From Felis catus (taxonomy: Eukaryota), in contig NC_058383.1 of NCBI RefSeq assembly GCF_018350175.1, forward strand, positions 14,014,001 through 14,078,000: 64,000 nt of DNA. Direction: 5' to 3'. Made by a program: the position numbers and the translations under genes. Positions 35,979-48,907 of the stretch are shown here, piece by piece. Positions within the stretch are counted from its first letter, which is position 1. Each line of letters begins with the position of its first letter. The notes beneath the pieces are model-generated. The model ran no database searches. It was not told where the DNA came from and saw only the letters and a program-made list of their open reading frames with translations.

Positions 35979-37893
35979 GTGCCCAGATCCCAGGGAGCAG
36001 GCAAATCAAGCAGTGCCCCCACCCCTGCATTCCTGAACTGTTCAGCAAGGTTGGTGGGTTCTCCACATACCCTCCCATCACCACTGGGTCCCACCTGTTC
36101 AACGTGACAATGTCTCGAGTGTCTTGCTGGCGTCAGGCCCTTTGCTGGGCACGGGGGGTCCAGACATGGATCAGATCAAACCACTGCCCGGAGGCAGCTC
36201 AGAGCAGGAGGTGCCCGGGGGAACTTCTACCTCATCCAGGCAAATGAATCCAATGCACGGGGTCCTGCAAAGGGCGGCCGGAGAGATGAGCCCGTGGGCA
36301 AAGGCTCAGAGCTACCATGAGCCTGCAGCGTGGGGTCCCCAGGCATCAGAGTGACTAGAACCCTTGACTCGTGTGGTGGCTTTGCTGCGGGTTGGGCTGT
36401 GGTTCCTCAGTTGCTAAGATGGGACCTCAGGAAGGCCCCACATAGGGGTGTCAGACACTGGCCGGGCTCTCAGGGCTGCCTGGCCACGTGGGTCCCAAGC
36501 CTGCAGAGGGGGCGTTCTGCTCTCTGTCCTCTGAGCTGGATCTCTGCTGTGGGAAACCGCTCTTCTCTCTTCCCAAGAGGCTTGAATTCCTGCCAAGGCC
36601 TATTAAGCGTGGGGGTGGGGGGTGCCCCTCGATCCGTGTTTCATGGAGTAGGGTGTTTCCAAGCAGGGCCACGCCCTCTCTCTGGGTGTCAGTTTCTTGA
36701 CCCTGCGGGGAGACAGGGGGGTCTGGAAGGCGCGTTAAGTCTCCGGGCCTGCGGTCCGTGCGCCTGGACCCCAGCCTGTCCTCTCTTGCCTCTTCTCCCT
36801 GCCCTCTGCTGAGGCTGCGATTTATTCTAATCTTCTCCAGCAGGACACATGGTGCACCGCGCTCCATCATATGCTAATAATGTAATTATGCGGTTATAGG
36901 ATCAGGTCAGCAGAACACTGGCCAGGATGGGGAATAAATCAGAGCCGGCATTTCAGGGAGAAGGTCCAACTGCCTCTTCAGCAAGGCCTCTCTGGGCTCC
37001 CAGCCCGGGGCGTGGGGCCTCGAAATGGGGTAAAGTGAGGAAGCACCATTAATTTGTAAGGAAAAGGTTTTCAGCATTCCCAGACCCCCAAAGTTACCTC
37101 TCTTCTTCCCTTGGGATTGGGACGCATCTTGCAAACGAACGCACACAATGCGTAGAGATAAAGCCGGGAAGCTGGCCCAGGGTTCAAAGCTCCGGCCGCT
37201 TGTTGCTGGGAGGCTGAGTGTAGTTCCCGGGGAAGGTGCTAGGTGGCGCCAGTCTTGCTGCCCCGGGGCGGGGAGGGGCGCGCTGCCTCCCAGTGGCTCC
37301 CTGCAAAACCAACGCTGAACCTGTCACTTTTAGCCTTTTTTTTTTTTTTTTTGGAAAAGTGAAAATCCTCTTCGGATTTCTTTCAGTAGGTGAAAACAGG
37401 TACTAATGTCTTTTCGTGAAAGCAAAGTGGCATGTAAACCTTGGAAAAAGGGGGGGGATACCTGGGTTACTCTTTCACTCTCACAAGGACACAGGAGCTG
37501 GTGGAGGCGGGGTAATGAAAGACGGGCTACGCACCCTGGGGACTTGAACTTGCGTCTTAAGCTTGCACGGTCAGGGGTCATTTACCGTCCTTCCCTGGTA
37601 TCTACACAACTGCAGTGGCCGGGGCAAATCCATCACCGCTGGGCAGGGAAGGGTTTTTGCAGGATGTTGGCTCAAGACTTCGTCCCATGGCTTTCCTGTG
37701 TCTGACTTGCATAGATGCAGGCGGGGCCTCTCCCTCCCAATCGTGGCAAAGATTTGCTTATGGAAAAAAATAGCAGCACCGTGTCCACAGCCTCTCCGAG
37801 TGAGATGTTGGCTTTGCAGGAAACAGTTCTCTGGGGGGATGTCTTCGGACTGCTTGAAAAAAAACACAACTATATATATATATATATATATAT

Positions 37894-38090
37894 GGCATCT
37901 GGGTGGCTCAGTTGGTTGAGCAACTGACTTGATTTCAGCTCAGGTCATGATCACAGGGTCTTAGGACACAGCCCCACGTCAGGCTTTGCACTGAGTGTGG
38001 ACCTTGCTTAAGATTCTCTGTCTCTCTCTCCTCCTGCCCCTCCCCTGCTCATGCTCTCTCTCCCTCTCTCTCTAAAATAAAACAATAAAA
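37894..38090 (+). mobile_element. Older CAN-SINE preceded by (TA)n at 37871-37893
   Basis: Head, (CT)n and A-rich tail. Confidence 0.9.
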
Positions 38091-38137
38091 AGAGAAAAAA
38101 ATCTATAAGAAACAAGGGGCCATAAGAAACAAGGGGA

Positions 38138-38364
38138 GGGGCACCTGGGTGGCTCAGTTGGTTAAGCGTCCGACTTCGGCTCAGGTCATGATCTCACCGT
38201 TCGTGGGTTCAAGCCCCACGTCAGGCTCTGTGCTGACAGCCTGGAGCCTGCTTCAGATTCTGTGTCCCCCCCTCCCTCGCCGCCCCACCCCTGCTTGTGC
38301 TCTGTCTCTCTCTGTCTTTCAAAAATGAATAAACATTTAAAAAATAACATTAAAAAAAAAAAGA
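38138..38364 (+). mobile_element. CAN-SINE
   Basis: TSD aagaaacaagggga at 38124 and 38365. Confidence 0.95.
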
Positions 38365-38758
38365 AAGAAACAAGGGGAGAGAAGTCTAAGTATTAAGGAG
38401 GAACAAGAAAGCAGGTTCAAGGAGGCCCCACGACGGCCTCCGGGAGGCAGCCCGTAGCTCATCCCCTAAAAGGTCCCCTCTCCTCAGCTCCCAATGACCT
38501 TGAGATTTCTTCTCTGTCTGGCAGGATGAGCTTTCCAAGGCGGGGACCATGAGCCCCGAGCAAGGATTTGTTTATGGAAATGCAAAAGGAACGTTAACGA
38601 GGCTGTCCAGAGGCCCCCTCTCATCTCCTCCTGGAAGCGCTCACTCCCAGGAGCCCCTTCCCCTCCAAGAACTTCCCAAGACCTGGATTTCATTAAATAC
38701 CATGGAGAGAAAACACTTGTTAATCATCTGCAAAAGTTGGACTCTCAAAGGCCCGTGT

Positions 38759-38900
38759 CTGTGGTTCTCAAGATGCAAGCCCCGGGCCGGCAGCGTCAGC
38801 AGCACCTGGGAACACGCTGGAAATGCACAGGCAGCTAAATTCAGTATCAGCAGCGAGGGCTGGAAAGCATCTCTCCTTCAACAGCTTCCCCTCTGGCTGC
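38759..38900. mobile_element. MER5A-like fragment
   Basis: gtggttctcaag...ggcagcgtcagcagcacctgggaacacgctggaaatgca. Confidence 0.65.
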
Positions 38901-41648
38901 CGGTGCCCAGGGAAAGTGCCCTTGTCCTGCAGAAGCAGGGACAGACCAACACGAGCAGAGCACCTCACAACAGCAGGGCGAGGCAGGTAAGCACCCGATG
39001 CCCAGCCTGCCATGACGATGCCATGACGATGTCCCAGCGGGCTATTATGTCACTTCTCTTCTGTAGCCGAATCACCCAACCACGTCCTCCCCCCCATCAC
39101 TGGGGCGTCATGCTGGATGTTGTTAGGGCGAGACCCAGAAAACTTCAGGCTCCTCACCATGGGGTTTCTTGGCCGCGGTGCTCCTTCCTGTCTGCGCTCG
39201 TGTGGCCCCAGAACCGGGTGTTGCCCGGGGCCCCTTCCTCCCTTTCAGGGCCACCTTGCTTCCGATGACCATTTGCAACGTCCCTCCTGCCCCGGCTGGA
39301 GACCCACGAACAACTGTTAGTCCTTGTCCTTGAAAAGCCGGTTATGCCAGTAGAGAGAGGAGATTAAGAAGACACCCATGGGACGCGATAAATATATTTA
39401 GGGACAATAATGGCGGAAGACGGGCCAGACAAGGCCAGGCACTTAATCAGCTGGGAGAACCAGGGGCGAACTACGTCGCTGTGCGGGTCGGAGACCCCGC
39501 GGCCCAGGATGCGCGGCCGAGGAGGTGCCAAGGGGTGGGAGTGTCTTGAGGGGTGAAAATGTGGGGGAGGAAATGTCATGCTCACTCACTCTCAAGGCTT
39601 CTTGAGAAGCAGACTGCCCGGGGCTGGAGGGTCATAACCGCTCCAGCAGAAGAGTTTTGTGTGGTGTGTCCAGATTTTGAGCAGCCACAAGGACCTGTCT
39701 GTCTCCTACTGGGCAGGAGTGGGCTTGCCTCTTGCTCCTGGTGAAGTAGGAGGTTCTCCCGGGGCTAGATGGGGCTGATGGGGAGCCATCCAAGTCGGAG
39801 GAGACAAGGGGAGACACAAGCTGGAGAGGGGACAGGCTGGATCCTGAGAAGGCTGAGCTGGGCTCGGCGACTGTCCCCCGGGTAGAAGCCCCTGCTTTGA
39901 AGGGACCAGGGCATCTCGCCAGGGGGTGGGGTTCCACAGCCGGGGCGGGACAGCAACCCTGCCTGGATGGCACGTCCGGCCACCGTGCGTTCCCGCTCCT
40001 AAGACCTCTTCCCTCCCTTTAGGCAGGATGGAGAAACTCCCGACAGTCGACAGTCACCATGGGATTGAGCCTCTTTGTCCTGAGGGTTTTGTTCAGGTGT
40101 TTTTAGTTTCAACCTCTTTGTCTCTTGAAAATTTTCATTAAGAAAAAAATCTTAAAAATCTGTAAGTTAAACATGCTTGGGTTTACCCTGTTTTGAAAAT
40201 CCTCCCTGTGTTAAGATGATCACGGATTAAATGCATTGAGAGAAAAATGCCCTAAGATCCCTGCCATCACGTTGCATCAACGCTGAAATTCAAGGGCAGG
40301 CTGAGGCCGTGGCTGACAATGATTCCTAGGACGTCAGCAGACCTAGCAGCCAAGGGCATCTCCCCTGCCTTCCCCATGTCACAGATAAACACCTGAAGTC
40401 CACGGAGGTAAGTTAGGGGTCTTGAGAGATGAAGGCAGGTCTTCCGAGGGATCTGGTGGATGGCTGTTGAGGGCATCCGGGTCACATCAGCGGCCCTTGT
40501 GCCCATCGAAGTCTCTGTGTGTTTGCAGGGGGTTGAACTGACAGAGGCCTGATGCTCTGGGCGAGGCTGGCTTCAGGGCAGCTCTGATTCTAAACAAAGG
40601 CAGCCCCACCCTGAGCACTCTGTCTGCCGGCCTCACTTCTCTGTGGCCGGGTTCCTACTTAGAAAGAGAACAGCGCACGCAGGATTAGCAACCCCAGCTG
40701 CCAGTCCCCCACCGCCCGCTGTGTTCCGGACACTGGCCACCCGCTGTCCCCAAACGCCTGACACACAGTACCATATTTCATTCTTACAACAGCCCCATTT
40801 TGCAGCTTTGGAAACCGAGTCACGGAGTGGCTAAGCTTTAAGTGGACGGGGGACAGAAACCTTCCGGGTTTGACTTACAACGGACGGAAAAACAATCGAG
40901 TCAGCACACGTGGGTGGGCACAGTGATGCCACCAAGGAGATGAAATGCTCCCTCCAGGAGCTCTGCAGAAAGGGGACCTCTGAAACTGCTCAGAAGAGCA
41001 GGATGGTCCTGCTGGGGAGGACCCGGTTGGGAGCTGGCACGCGGCCGAGGAGGAGAGGGGGTACTGGGTCAGCCATAAGTCGTGGAGAAACCCCAAGTCA
41101 TCAGACAAAAGAAGCTAGAACCGTGGCCAGGGCCATGAGATGTCGGAAGGGGGTTCAGCGATAGAGATGAGTTGAGCTAGTTTCCAAAGAGGCAGGATTA
41201 GATGGCCAGGAACTGGTCGGATGATAACAGAGCTTAGGCACCAAGACGAAGCGGGAGGGAGAGACAGGTGCGCAAATAGGGCTTAGTGGAGAGACGTGCC
41301 AGGCCCCCCAGGACTGGGCATCGAACCCAGTTCCAGCACATGCACTAGAGAGGAACTGTGGCTTAGAACCAAAGTTAAGGCCCGATATGATATGCTGCCT
41401 TGACATTCGGTGAAACCAGGAGGGCTTGGAACGGCTCACCGCAAGTTCCCCTCCTCAGATGAGTTCCCCCTTGTCTGCCCCCATGGATAAGGGCCCCCAG
41501 CCAAGCGACCCCTCTCATCAAGGGGACCAGGCACAGTTCCTGCTTATCCCTCCCCGAGGAGCGGGTTCCAGTTCCCTCCAGCTCGTGGAATTATTCAAGC
41601 AAGCCAATCACATCTTCCTGAGGGAACCAGGAGTTACCCCACCCTCTT

Positions 41649-41869
41649 TTTAAAACAAATTTTTTTTTAATGTTTATTTTTGAGAGAGACAGAGACAGAG
41701 TGTGAGCGGGGCAGGGGCAGAGAGAAAGGGAGACAGAATCCGGAGCAGGCTCCAGGCTCTGAGCAAGCTGTCAGCACAGAGCCCGACGCAGGGCTGGAAC
41801 TCACAAGCTGCGAGATCGTGACCTGAGGCGAAGTCGGACGCTTAACCGACTGAGCCCCCCAGGCGCCCC
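41649..41869 (-). mobile_element. CAN-SINE
   Basis: 14-bp TSD taccccaccctctt. Confidence 0.96.
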
Positions 41870-42197
41870 TACCCCACCCTCTTAATACCACCAAGCCTGC
41901 CCCTCCCAGCTCCTCCTTGATCACTCTGTTCCTGAGCGTGGTCCTGCGTGGAGTGCAATGCCCTCTTCCCCCAGGCCGTGAGTATATGGGATCAATAAAT
42001 GGCCGTTGACCTCATCTAGCCAGTGTCGGGTTTTGTGTTTTTGGCCATGTCTATAGTCCTAGGGAGGAATCCTTCCCTCACAAGCCAGGTGAGTAGAAGA
42101 TGATTTATAAGAACAGGCCCTGTCTATGTCCTCAAGGAAGCCAGCTGGGAAGACAAGATGTGACAGATAGGGTTGCACAGACCAGACAAGAAGTGTG

Positions 42198-42520
42198 AAT
42201 CATTCATTCACTTGACGAACAAGAAGTGAGCCCCCAGTCCATGTCAAGCACTGCTGTGGGCCCTAGGAAGGAAACAGACAAACTGTCTAGAGAAATACAA
42301 GCAGAGTCCAAGGGCTAGAAGGACTAGGGTAAGCATGGGGTTGCTATCTTGTTTATACAGGGCGGTCACAAAAGACCTCTCTAAGAAGATATTTGAACAG
42401 CACCTTAAAGAACTCGAGGGAACAAGCCACATGAAAATCCAGGGGGAGAAACATTCCCAGCAGGTGGGAGAGCCAGAGCCAGAAAAGGCACTGAGATAGG
42501 ATGGAGGGATCGCTGAGCGC
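42198..42520 (-). mobile_element. L2 3' end
   Basis: aatcattcattcacttg...aagacctctctaagaagatatttgaacag...acattcccagcagg. Confidence 0.7.
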
Positions 42521-43314
42521 TAGAAGCTTCTGGAAAAGGGGGACTTAAGTACACCGGAGGAATGTGAAGGTTTTGACCCAAGAAAACTTGTGAGCTCCTA
42601 TGTTGGTCTCTTCCATCGGCCTCTTTGCTTGGTGCCCAGGAGCTCAGACACCTGTAGAGAGAGCCTGGTGACACTGGGACTTAGACCCCAGGCTAGATTC
42701 TGAGACCAGCTCTGCGTGCCCCCATTCCTACTCCCGCCGGACAGGACCCGGTACTTACAGCTTGTACTCACTGTAGACCTGTGCAGGGGTCTGTCTCCAG
42801 AGCAGATCGGGATGCATGGCAGGGGCAGGGGGCACAGACATTTGCCTCAGTGTCCCAACACCCACTTCTGTTGACCACCAGATGCTTCCTTCCCACTAGC
42901 AGTGTGGGGGTGCTACTGTTCCACGAAGGAGCTCACGACCTGCTCCCTCTTGCTCCCCAAGGGCAAGGAAGTTTGCTTGAAGTCATGAAAAAAATATGTC
43001 CGAGCTGCCTCCAAACCGTGGGCTGTTCTGTTCATGGAACAATTCCTGATGTCTTGCTTTGGGCAACTCACTGTCCTAGGTGCTGGCCTGTCTAGACATG
43101 AAAAGACAGACACGGAGCTTGTGCCTGATTTGTCCAGCCCCGCGAGACCCCTTGAAATCAGAAAGGCTGCAGTACCTCTCGGTTCCTGGAGTTGACTGTG
43201 TTCAGTTAAGTGCCCGTCCCACCTTCGAGAGCCAAGGCCATGACCCCCAAGCTGAGCCACTGGCGTGGCTGCTCGCCCACCTCAAAGCAGACACAGGCTG
43301 TGGGCACGTGGCCG

Positions 43315-43428
43315 CAACACATGGATACGCACACACATGCACATGCGCATACACCTGCACGCACACGCCTACATTCATGCGCACATGCGTGCACACACAC
43401 GCACGCACACACACACACACACACACGC
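43315..43428. repeat. Degenerate (CA/CG/TG)n alternating purine-pyrimidine tract
   Basis: Directly visible. Confidence 0.9.
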
Positions 43429-43795
43429 AGTCCTTTCCCTGCATAGGATTTCTGCCTTCCATGCCAGCGCCTTTCGTCCCGATTAATTGCAGCATTTTTA
43501 TTGTGATTAAATTTACTTATTTAATACATCACACATATATCTATAGAAGAGAAAAATATATGCATATAGATGCATAGAATGTATCTGTACATAGGCAAGC
43601 GTTTGTGGATGAAACAAACCTCTGGAACTGGCTTGCAAATGTCTCAAGCTCCCCCAAACTGGGAGGCATGCATTTGTGAGACAAAAATAGCAAAACGCGG
43701 TCATCGTTGAAGCTGGCGTTTAGTACACGATCGTCTCCACTTTTGGAAGTGTCTGAAAATGTCCAAAACCAAAAGGTAAATAAAAGTGAATCAGG

Positions 43796-44007
43796 GGGGC
43801 GCCTGGGTGGCACAGTCGGTTAAGCGTCCGACTTCAGCCAGGTCACGATCTCGCGGTCCGTGAGTTCGAGCCCCGCGTCGGGCTCTGGGCTGATGGCTCA
43901 GAGCCTGGAGCCTGTTTCCGATTCTGTGTCTCCCTCTCTCTCTGCCCCTTCCCCGTTCATGCTCTGTCTCTCTCTGTCCCAAAAATAAATAAACGTTGAA
44001 AAAAAAA
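43796..44007 (+). mobile_element. Young CAN-SINE
   Basis: 15-bp TSD aaaagtgaatcaggg. Confidence 0.97.
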
Positions 44008-44215
44008 AAAAGTGAATCAGGGATGCAGGTACCAACTGGCAAATAATTAGGAAGCAAATGCCCATGTAACCATCACCCAGGTCAAGAAATAGACAATCGC
44101 CAGCACCCCCAAATCCTCTGTCCTCCTGCCTTCCCAGACTTTTGTGCTGATTATGCTTTTGTGAGCATAATCTCCTACATCCCTTTAAAGTTTTACTGCC
44201 TATGTAAACATTCCT

Positions 44216-44408
44216 TTTTTTTGGGGGGGGGGAGAGCAAGAGTGCAAGTGGGGGAAGGGCAGAGGGAGAGGGAGAGAGAGAGAATCCCAAGCAGGCTTCA
44301 TGCCCAGTGTGGAGCCCCATGTGGGGCTCGATCCCACCACTGTGAGATCACGACCTGAGCTGAAATCAAGAGTCGGACGCTCAACCGACTGAGCCATCCG
44401 GGTGCCCC
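44216..44408 (-). mobile_element. Older CAN-SINE within an L1ME-like 3' fragment
   Basis: Degenerate TSD tatgtaaacattcct / tgtgtaaacgctcct. Confidence 0.92.
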
Positions 44409-44932
44409 GTGTGTAAACGCTCCTGAACAGCACAGTTTAATGTTCCCTGTTACGGAGCCCTGCAAATGGGATTGCATGGTATGTGTTCTTTTGTGACAAG
44501 AGGGAAGATGATGAGACCATCTGGGGAGAGAACATGGGTGAACTGAGAACAGTATTAGTCTGTCCTTCTTGTGTGAAAGAGGAAACCGGGGCGCAGAGAG
44601 GTGGAATTCTCGCCCACGGTGCCACATGAGGAAGAGCTGAATGCCCGGTCTCCTCACAGTCGGGCAGAACTATTCTGCTTGTCCAGGTTTTGTTCAAGGT
44701 TATATATTCTGCAGTAAGACTGGGAAGAAGGCCATCACAATGGCTTGAATGAACTTCACGAGGACGTCTGGCCACCAGATGGATTTGTGCACAAGGCAGC
44801 TTGCTCAAGGAGGTGTAGTCTGTGAGGTCACACAGGACACGGCCCCCTGGGAGCAACTTTAAGGACAGCGTCATAGAACGGGAGGGCCAGGGCTTTACTT
44901 TTACAGAAACGTGGGCCGTACATGACTTAGGA

Positions 44933-45415
44933 TGCAGGTGGGCCAACGATGGCTCCTGAGGTGTCCACATCCTAGGCACTAGAATGGATGTCACCTGTGG
45001 ATGTTACTTTAGATAGTGAAGATTTTGCAGATGTGATTAACTTAAGGGCCTTGAGATGGGGAGATTATCCTGGATTATCTAGGTGGGCGCTAAATGCCAT
45101 CACAGGTGTCCTTATAAAGGAGAGGTAGAGGGAGATCACAAACAGCAGAGAAGACAACGGGGCCCAGAAGTAGACAGCCGAGTGATGCAGTCACAGGCCG
45201 AGGATTGCCAACAGCCTCCAGAAGTAAAAAGAGGCGAGGGACAGATTCTCCCTCAGAGCCTGCAGAGAGGGCACGGCCCTGCCAACATCGTGACCACCCA
45301 GAGAAACTGACTGCAGACTTCAGGCCTCCAGAACCGGCGAGAGTAGAAATCTGGATAGTTTCAAGCTACCAAGCTTGTGGGAATTTGTTCCAGCAGCCAT
45401 TAAGAAAATAATACG
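44933..45415 (+). mobile_element. MLT1-family solo LTR (MLT1D-like)
   Basis: ttttgcagatgtgattaacttaagggccttgagatggggagattatcctggattatctaggtggg...aatttgttccagcagcc. Confidence 0.9.
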
Positions 45416-48400
45416 GATGTATTTATTGAACGTCTACTGTTCTGGGCGCTTGTGACGAAAGAGTAAGTTGGACCAAGTCCCTGATGTCGAGGCGTCGGAA
45501 TAATCCGGTGGAAAGAGGGATATGTCAAGAGGGCTGCGTGGATCCCACCCCCGCATCAGACGCTCAACCGACCGTGCCACCCAGGCGCCCCACGGTCTTG
45601 TACTTCCACACTCAAGGTGGGCTGTGTTAAGAGGGTACAGCTGTTCGACGGCCAGAAAGAATGACAATTATCACTCTACCAGAAATGGAGGGCTGGATTT
45701 AAGGATTTTGAGGACATCGTCAGAGATAAGTGTCTCCACTGCAGAAGGAAATTAAGAAACCCTGATGCCTGATTATTATGCTTTTATTAACTCCCAAGGA
45801 GAGCCCTTCACCGCCTGAGCGGAAGCTCTGACACGGCAAGTTGAATGCCGCTCTCTGTCGCTACATAATGTTTTATGATCAGCACACGTGGATGCTGTCC
45901 TTTATGAACCATCGTCCATTATAGAAACAGCAGGTGTTTCAATTGCTACTTCTCTGATCAGCCCAGTCTGACATTTCGAGTATTTTATATTTCAACCCAG
46001 AAGGCAGTTGTTAATGTCTTTATCCTGAGCATCTCGGGAGGCTGAAGAGGTGATTCCGGGGAGCTACTTCATGCCTAACAGGGACTTGTGAGCCCCCAGG
46101 GCATCTTGGATTATTCAGCCAGGCCTGGCTGCACTTCAGAGAAGTGCTCTCCCTGGAGCGGAATCTTTTCTTGCTTCTCCTTCTGCGGGGATTTCCACAA
46201 ATTCGGAAGGACCTTGGAAGGATTTCCATTTTTCTGGAAGACTGGATTCGCTCTTTAATTGTCATTGTTTTTATAATAACAAACTTTTTTTTTTTTTTTT
46301 TTTTTTTTTTGCTAAGCAAGGATTATAGATTTCCTTTACTTAATGCCACAACAGCGTGAAGGTGCACGGATTCTAATCCACATTTCACAGCTGGGGACAC
46401 TGACCCAAGAACAGCTGAACTGATTTAGGCAGCAAGGGAACCAGGATGTGAGGTCAGGGCCATCCGATACCGGGGAGTGCCTCCTCTCTCTGTGCACACA
46501 GCTTTTATGTTTATCCTTAGCTGTGGTCACTCCCAAGACAGGTAGAAGGGCTTCCCGCTTAGATGCTGCTACGGTGACGGAAGCTTCTGGAAGCGGTAAA
46601 GAAAGGCGGGGGTTTGCGGCAACTGGAGATCCTGGTGAGACCCCTAATGCCTACCTGAGAAGTACCGATACTTGCTGTAGGAAAATTAAGCGAACAACCG
46701 TACCATGTTCAAGACTTGGGACAAAGCGGCCACGCCCCGAATGGTGGAAGTGGCCGTGGACTAAGAAGGCGGCTCCTGACAACAGAGGTTGGTCAGCAGA
46801 GGCAGGAAGAGGCACAGTCAGGGGCAGAGGCAACACCAATAACGCCAGAAGCATATGGCGGGGTGCAGGTGCTGTCAGGGTTTGACTCACCATCAAGCCG
46901 GAGGGGCTCCGTGCCATGGCCCTTGGGAGGAGAGCATTGGTGACCCCTCTTGTGCCTTCAATTTGGCAGCGGCCAGTTGGGGGGCATCTGGGTTACATCT
47001 GTTCTCTGCCCACTTGGTCTGTGCCGACTCGGGCTGCATTTCTGCTGCGCGGCTCGCATCTATCTTGGCCACTCTCCCTCCGGGGTGATCACCGCTTGAC
47101 CCCTCTCAGACAGAAACATTAATGCTGTGGGGAGTGGTTATTAATAGCTCAGAGTTGTCACGTGGCTAATTTAGGGGAGATAAACGGCTTTGCAGCTTTC
47201 ATCTTCCCCAAATGAGAGAGAAGAGGAAAAAAATTGCCAGTACCAAAATAGATATTTCTGGATAGCGGCTTCTAATATGAGAATAACGCCGAGATTTCCC
47301 CCATTTATTTGATGTGCTATGAAGTCAAATCATTTCCAAGCAAAAACAAACACATTACCGTATTTAAAAAAAAAAAAAAAAAAACCAGATTATTTGAAAA
47401 TGCTAACTCTTTTAGGTATCTGGGAAAACTAACAGAGCTGGAAGAATGGGGGAGGGAGGGGGCGGGATATGACGATGTCTGCATTTCAGAGGATGCTGGG
47501 CTTGACTGAGATAGTTGGGCTTCCTTGGGTCTGGAGTGTGCCCACCTGACCAACGTCTGTCCCGGTTTTCTGCTCTTTGGCCGGACAACCCATCACCTGC
47601 CACAAGCCGGGTACTAAAGAATACGGCAGGATGTGAGTGCTGGCGTGTAAAAGTGATCCTGATCCATTACCTTCTGGTACAGGACTGTAGGCTTGGTCTT
47701 CGAGCCCCAAGCGCCTTAGCTGCCACTGGAGAAAATCTTTCTTTCCCGGAGATAAATCAACCCACCGATGTGACGTAAAACCATAAGCGACCCATGAATT
47801 TGTTATATCTCTTTAGAGTCCTGCAGCCGTAGGCACTGTGGACCGCTTAACCCTCCTGCCCCCATTTGCTTCCCTAGGATAACAATTTTCGCATCGAAAC
47901 GAGAGAAAAGACTGCCACGGCCGGTGAGACACCAAGAGGAAGCAAACCGTGTTGAGTCGTTGATTCGCTTCTGAAAGTAAAGATGACCGCAGCCAAATTC
48001 TAAACCCAAGCAGTGTTGCTGGGTCAGGAAACGGCAATAAAGCTGTCTATTTCCAGCTTTTTCTGCGTGAGTGTGATGTGTTTCAGGGGACTCAATTTAG
48101 AGAACAGCCAGAGGACCCTTTGCAAGACTTTTGTGGTCAACCGGGTTCTGTGGACACCCTGCGATCCGGGCAGAGTGGGGAGGCCATTAGCAGTCTACAC
48201 TACTGCAGGCTAAGTAATCACTTCTCTGGGGCCTCAGCTCAAAGTCTTGAGATGCGAGCCCCTGTTTCAGACGTGGCCACTTTGGGAGCCAATTCCGCCA
48301 GAGCGGATTAAAGGCGCGAGTGGTAGAACAAATCTCTTCTTCTATTAAAGGCATCTTATCCTTGCCTTTTGAAGATATGACACTGCTAAGCCACAGTCAC

Positions 48401-48790
48401 CAGCATGTAAACTAGGAGCTGTTTTCCCAGGAGTGGAGAGGGATTTATCCCGTTCCATCCACACGTTCTGGCCTGCTGCTTCTGCGAGAATTGTCAGGCA
48501 CCTGGCCAAGGTCAAGAGAACCGTCCTTGCTCCAGAGGCTGGGACTCAACAAACAGGCTGAGAGAGGGAGGGACGCTGTGATCCCTTCAGCCAGCAAAGC
48601 TCATCAAGCCCCAGGGGCAGAGGCAACGATGGGGGGAGAGAAATCTCCGTTGGAGGAAATATCACCTCGATTTGCCTCATCGTGAAGCCCTCGACACCAT
48701 CCCTTTTAATCACAGCATTCTCCACGAAGCCTTTAATAAATGGCCCCATCCTTCCATTTAGTAACATCCTCAACTCCTTCTTGGGGGAAA

Positions 48791-48907
48791 AGGCTACAGG
48801 GATTGAGACACAGGCTACAGGGATTGAGGGTATACGAAGGAAGTATAGACCTAAATAGACCTAAGTATAGACCTAAGTATAGACCTAAGTATAGACCTAA
48901 ATAGAAG
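48791..48907. repeat. Short tandem repeats: aggctacagggattgag x2 (21-bp period) and aagtatagacct x5
   Basis: Directly visible; unit lengths 12-10-12-12-12. Confidence 0.92.

Noticed and set aside
38549..39268. Longest ORF in the window (239 aa)
   Set aside because: Crosses a MER5A-like fragment, has no recognisable domain, and is consistent with chance in GC-rich DNA
40360..40413. Apparent 23-nt micro-exon (cag...gag/gtaagt)
   Set aside because: Resembles a MIR core, is not frame-preserving and has no other support
43796..44408. Another inverted SINE pair (also 54891/55678)
   Set aside because: Partners are from different subfamilies or farther apart, so pairing is weaker than in the reported pairs
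48841..48907. Short repeat array (LGLYLGLY peptide) as CRISPR-like or coding repeat
   Set aside because: Head-to-tail minisatellite with no spacers in a mammalian context
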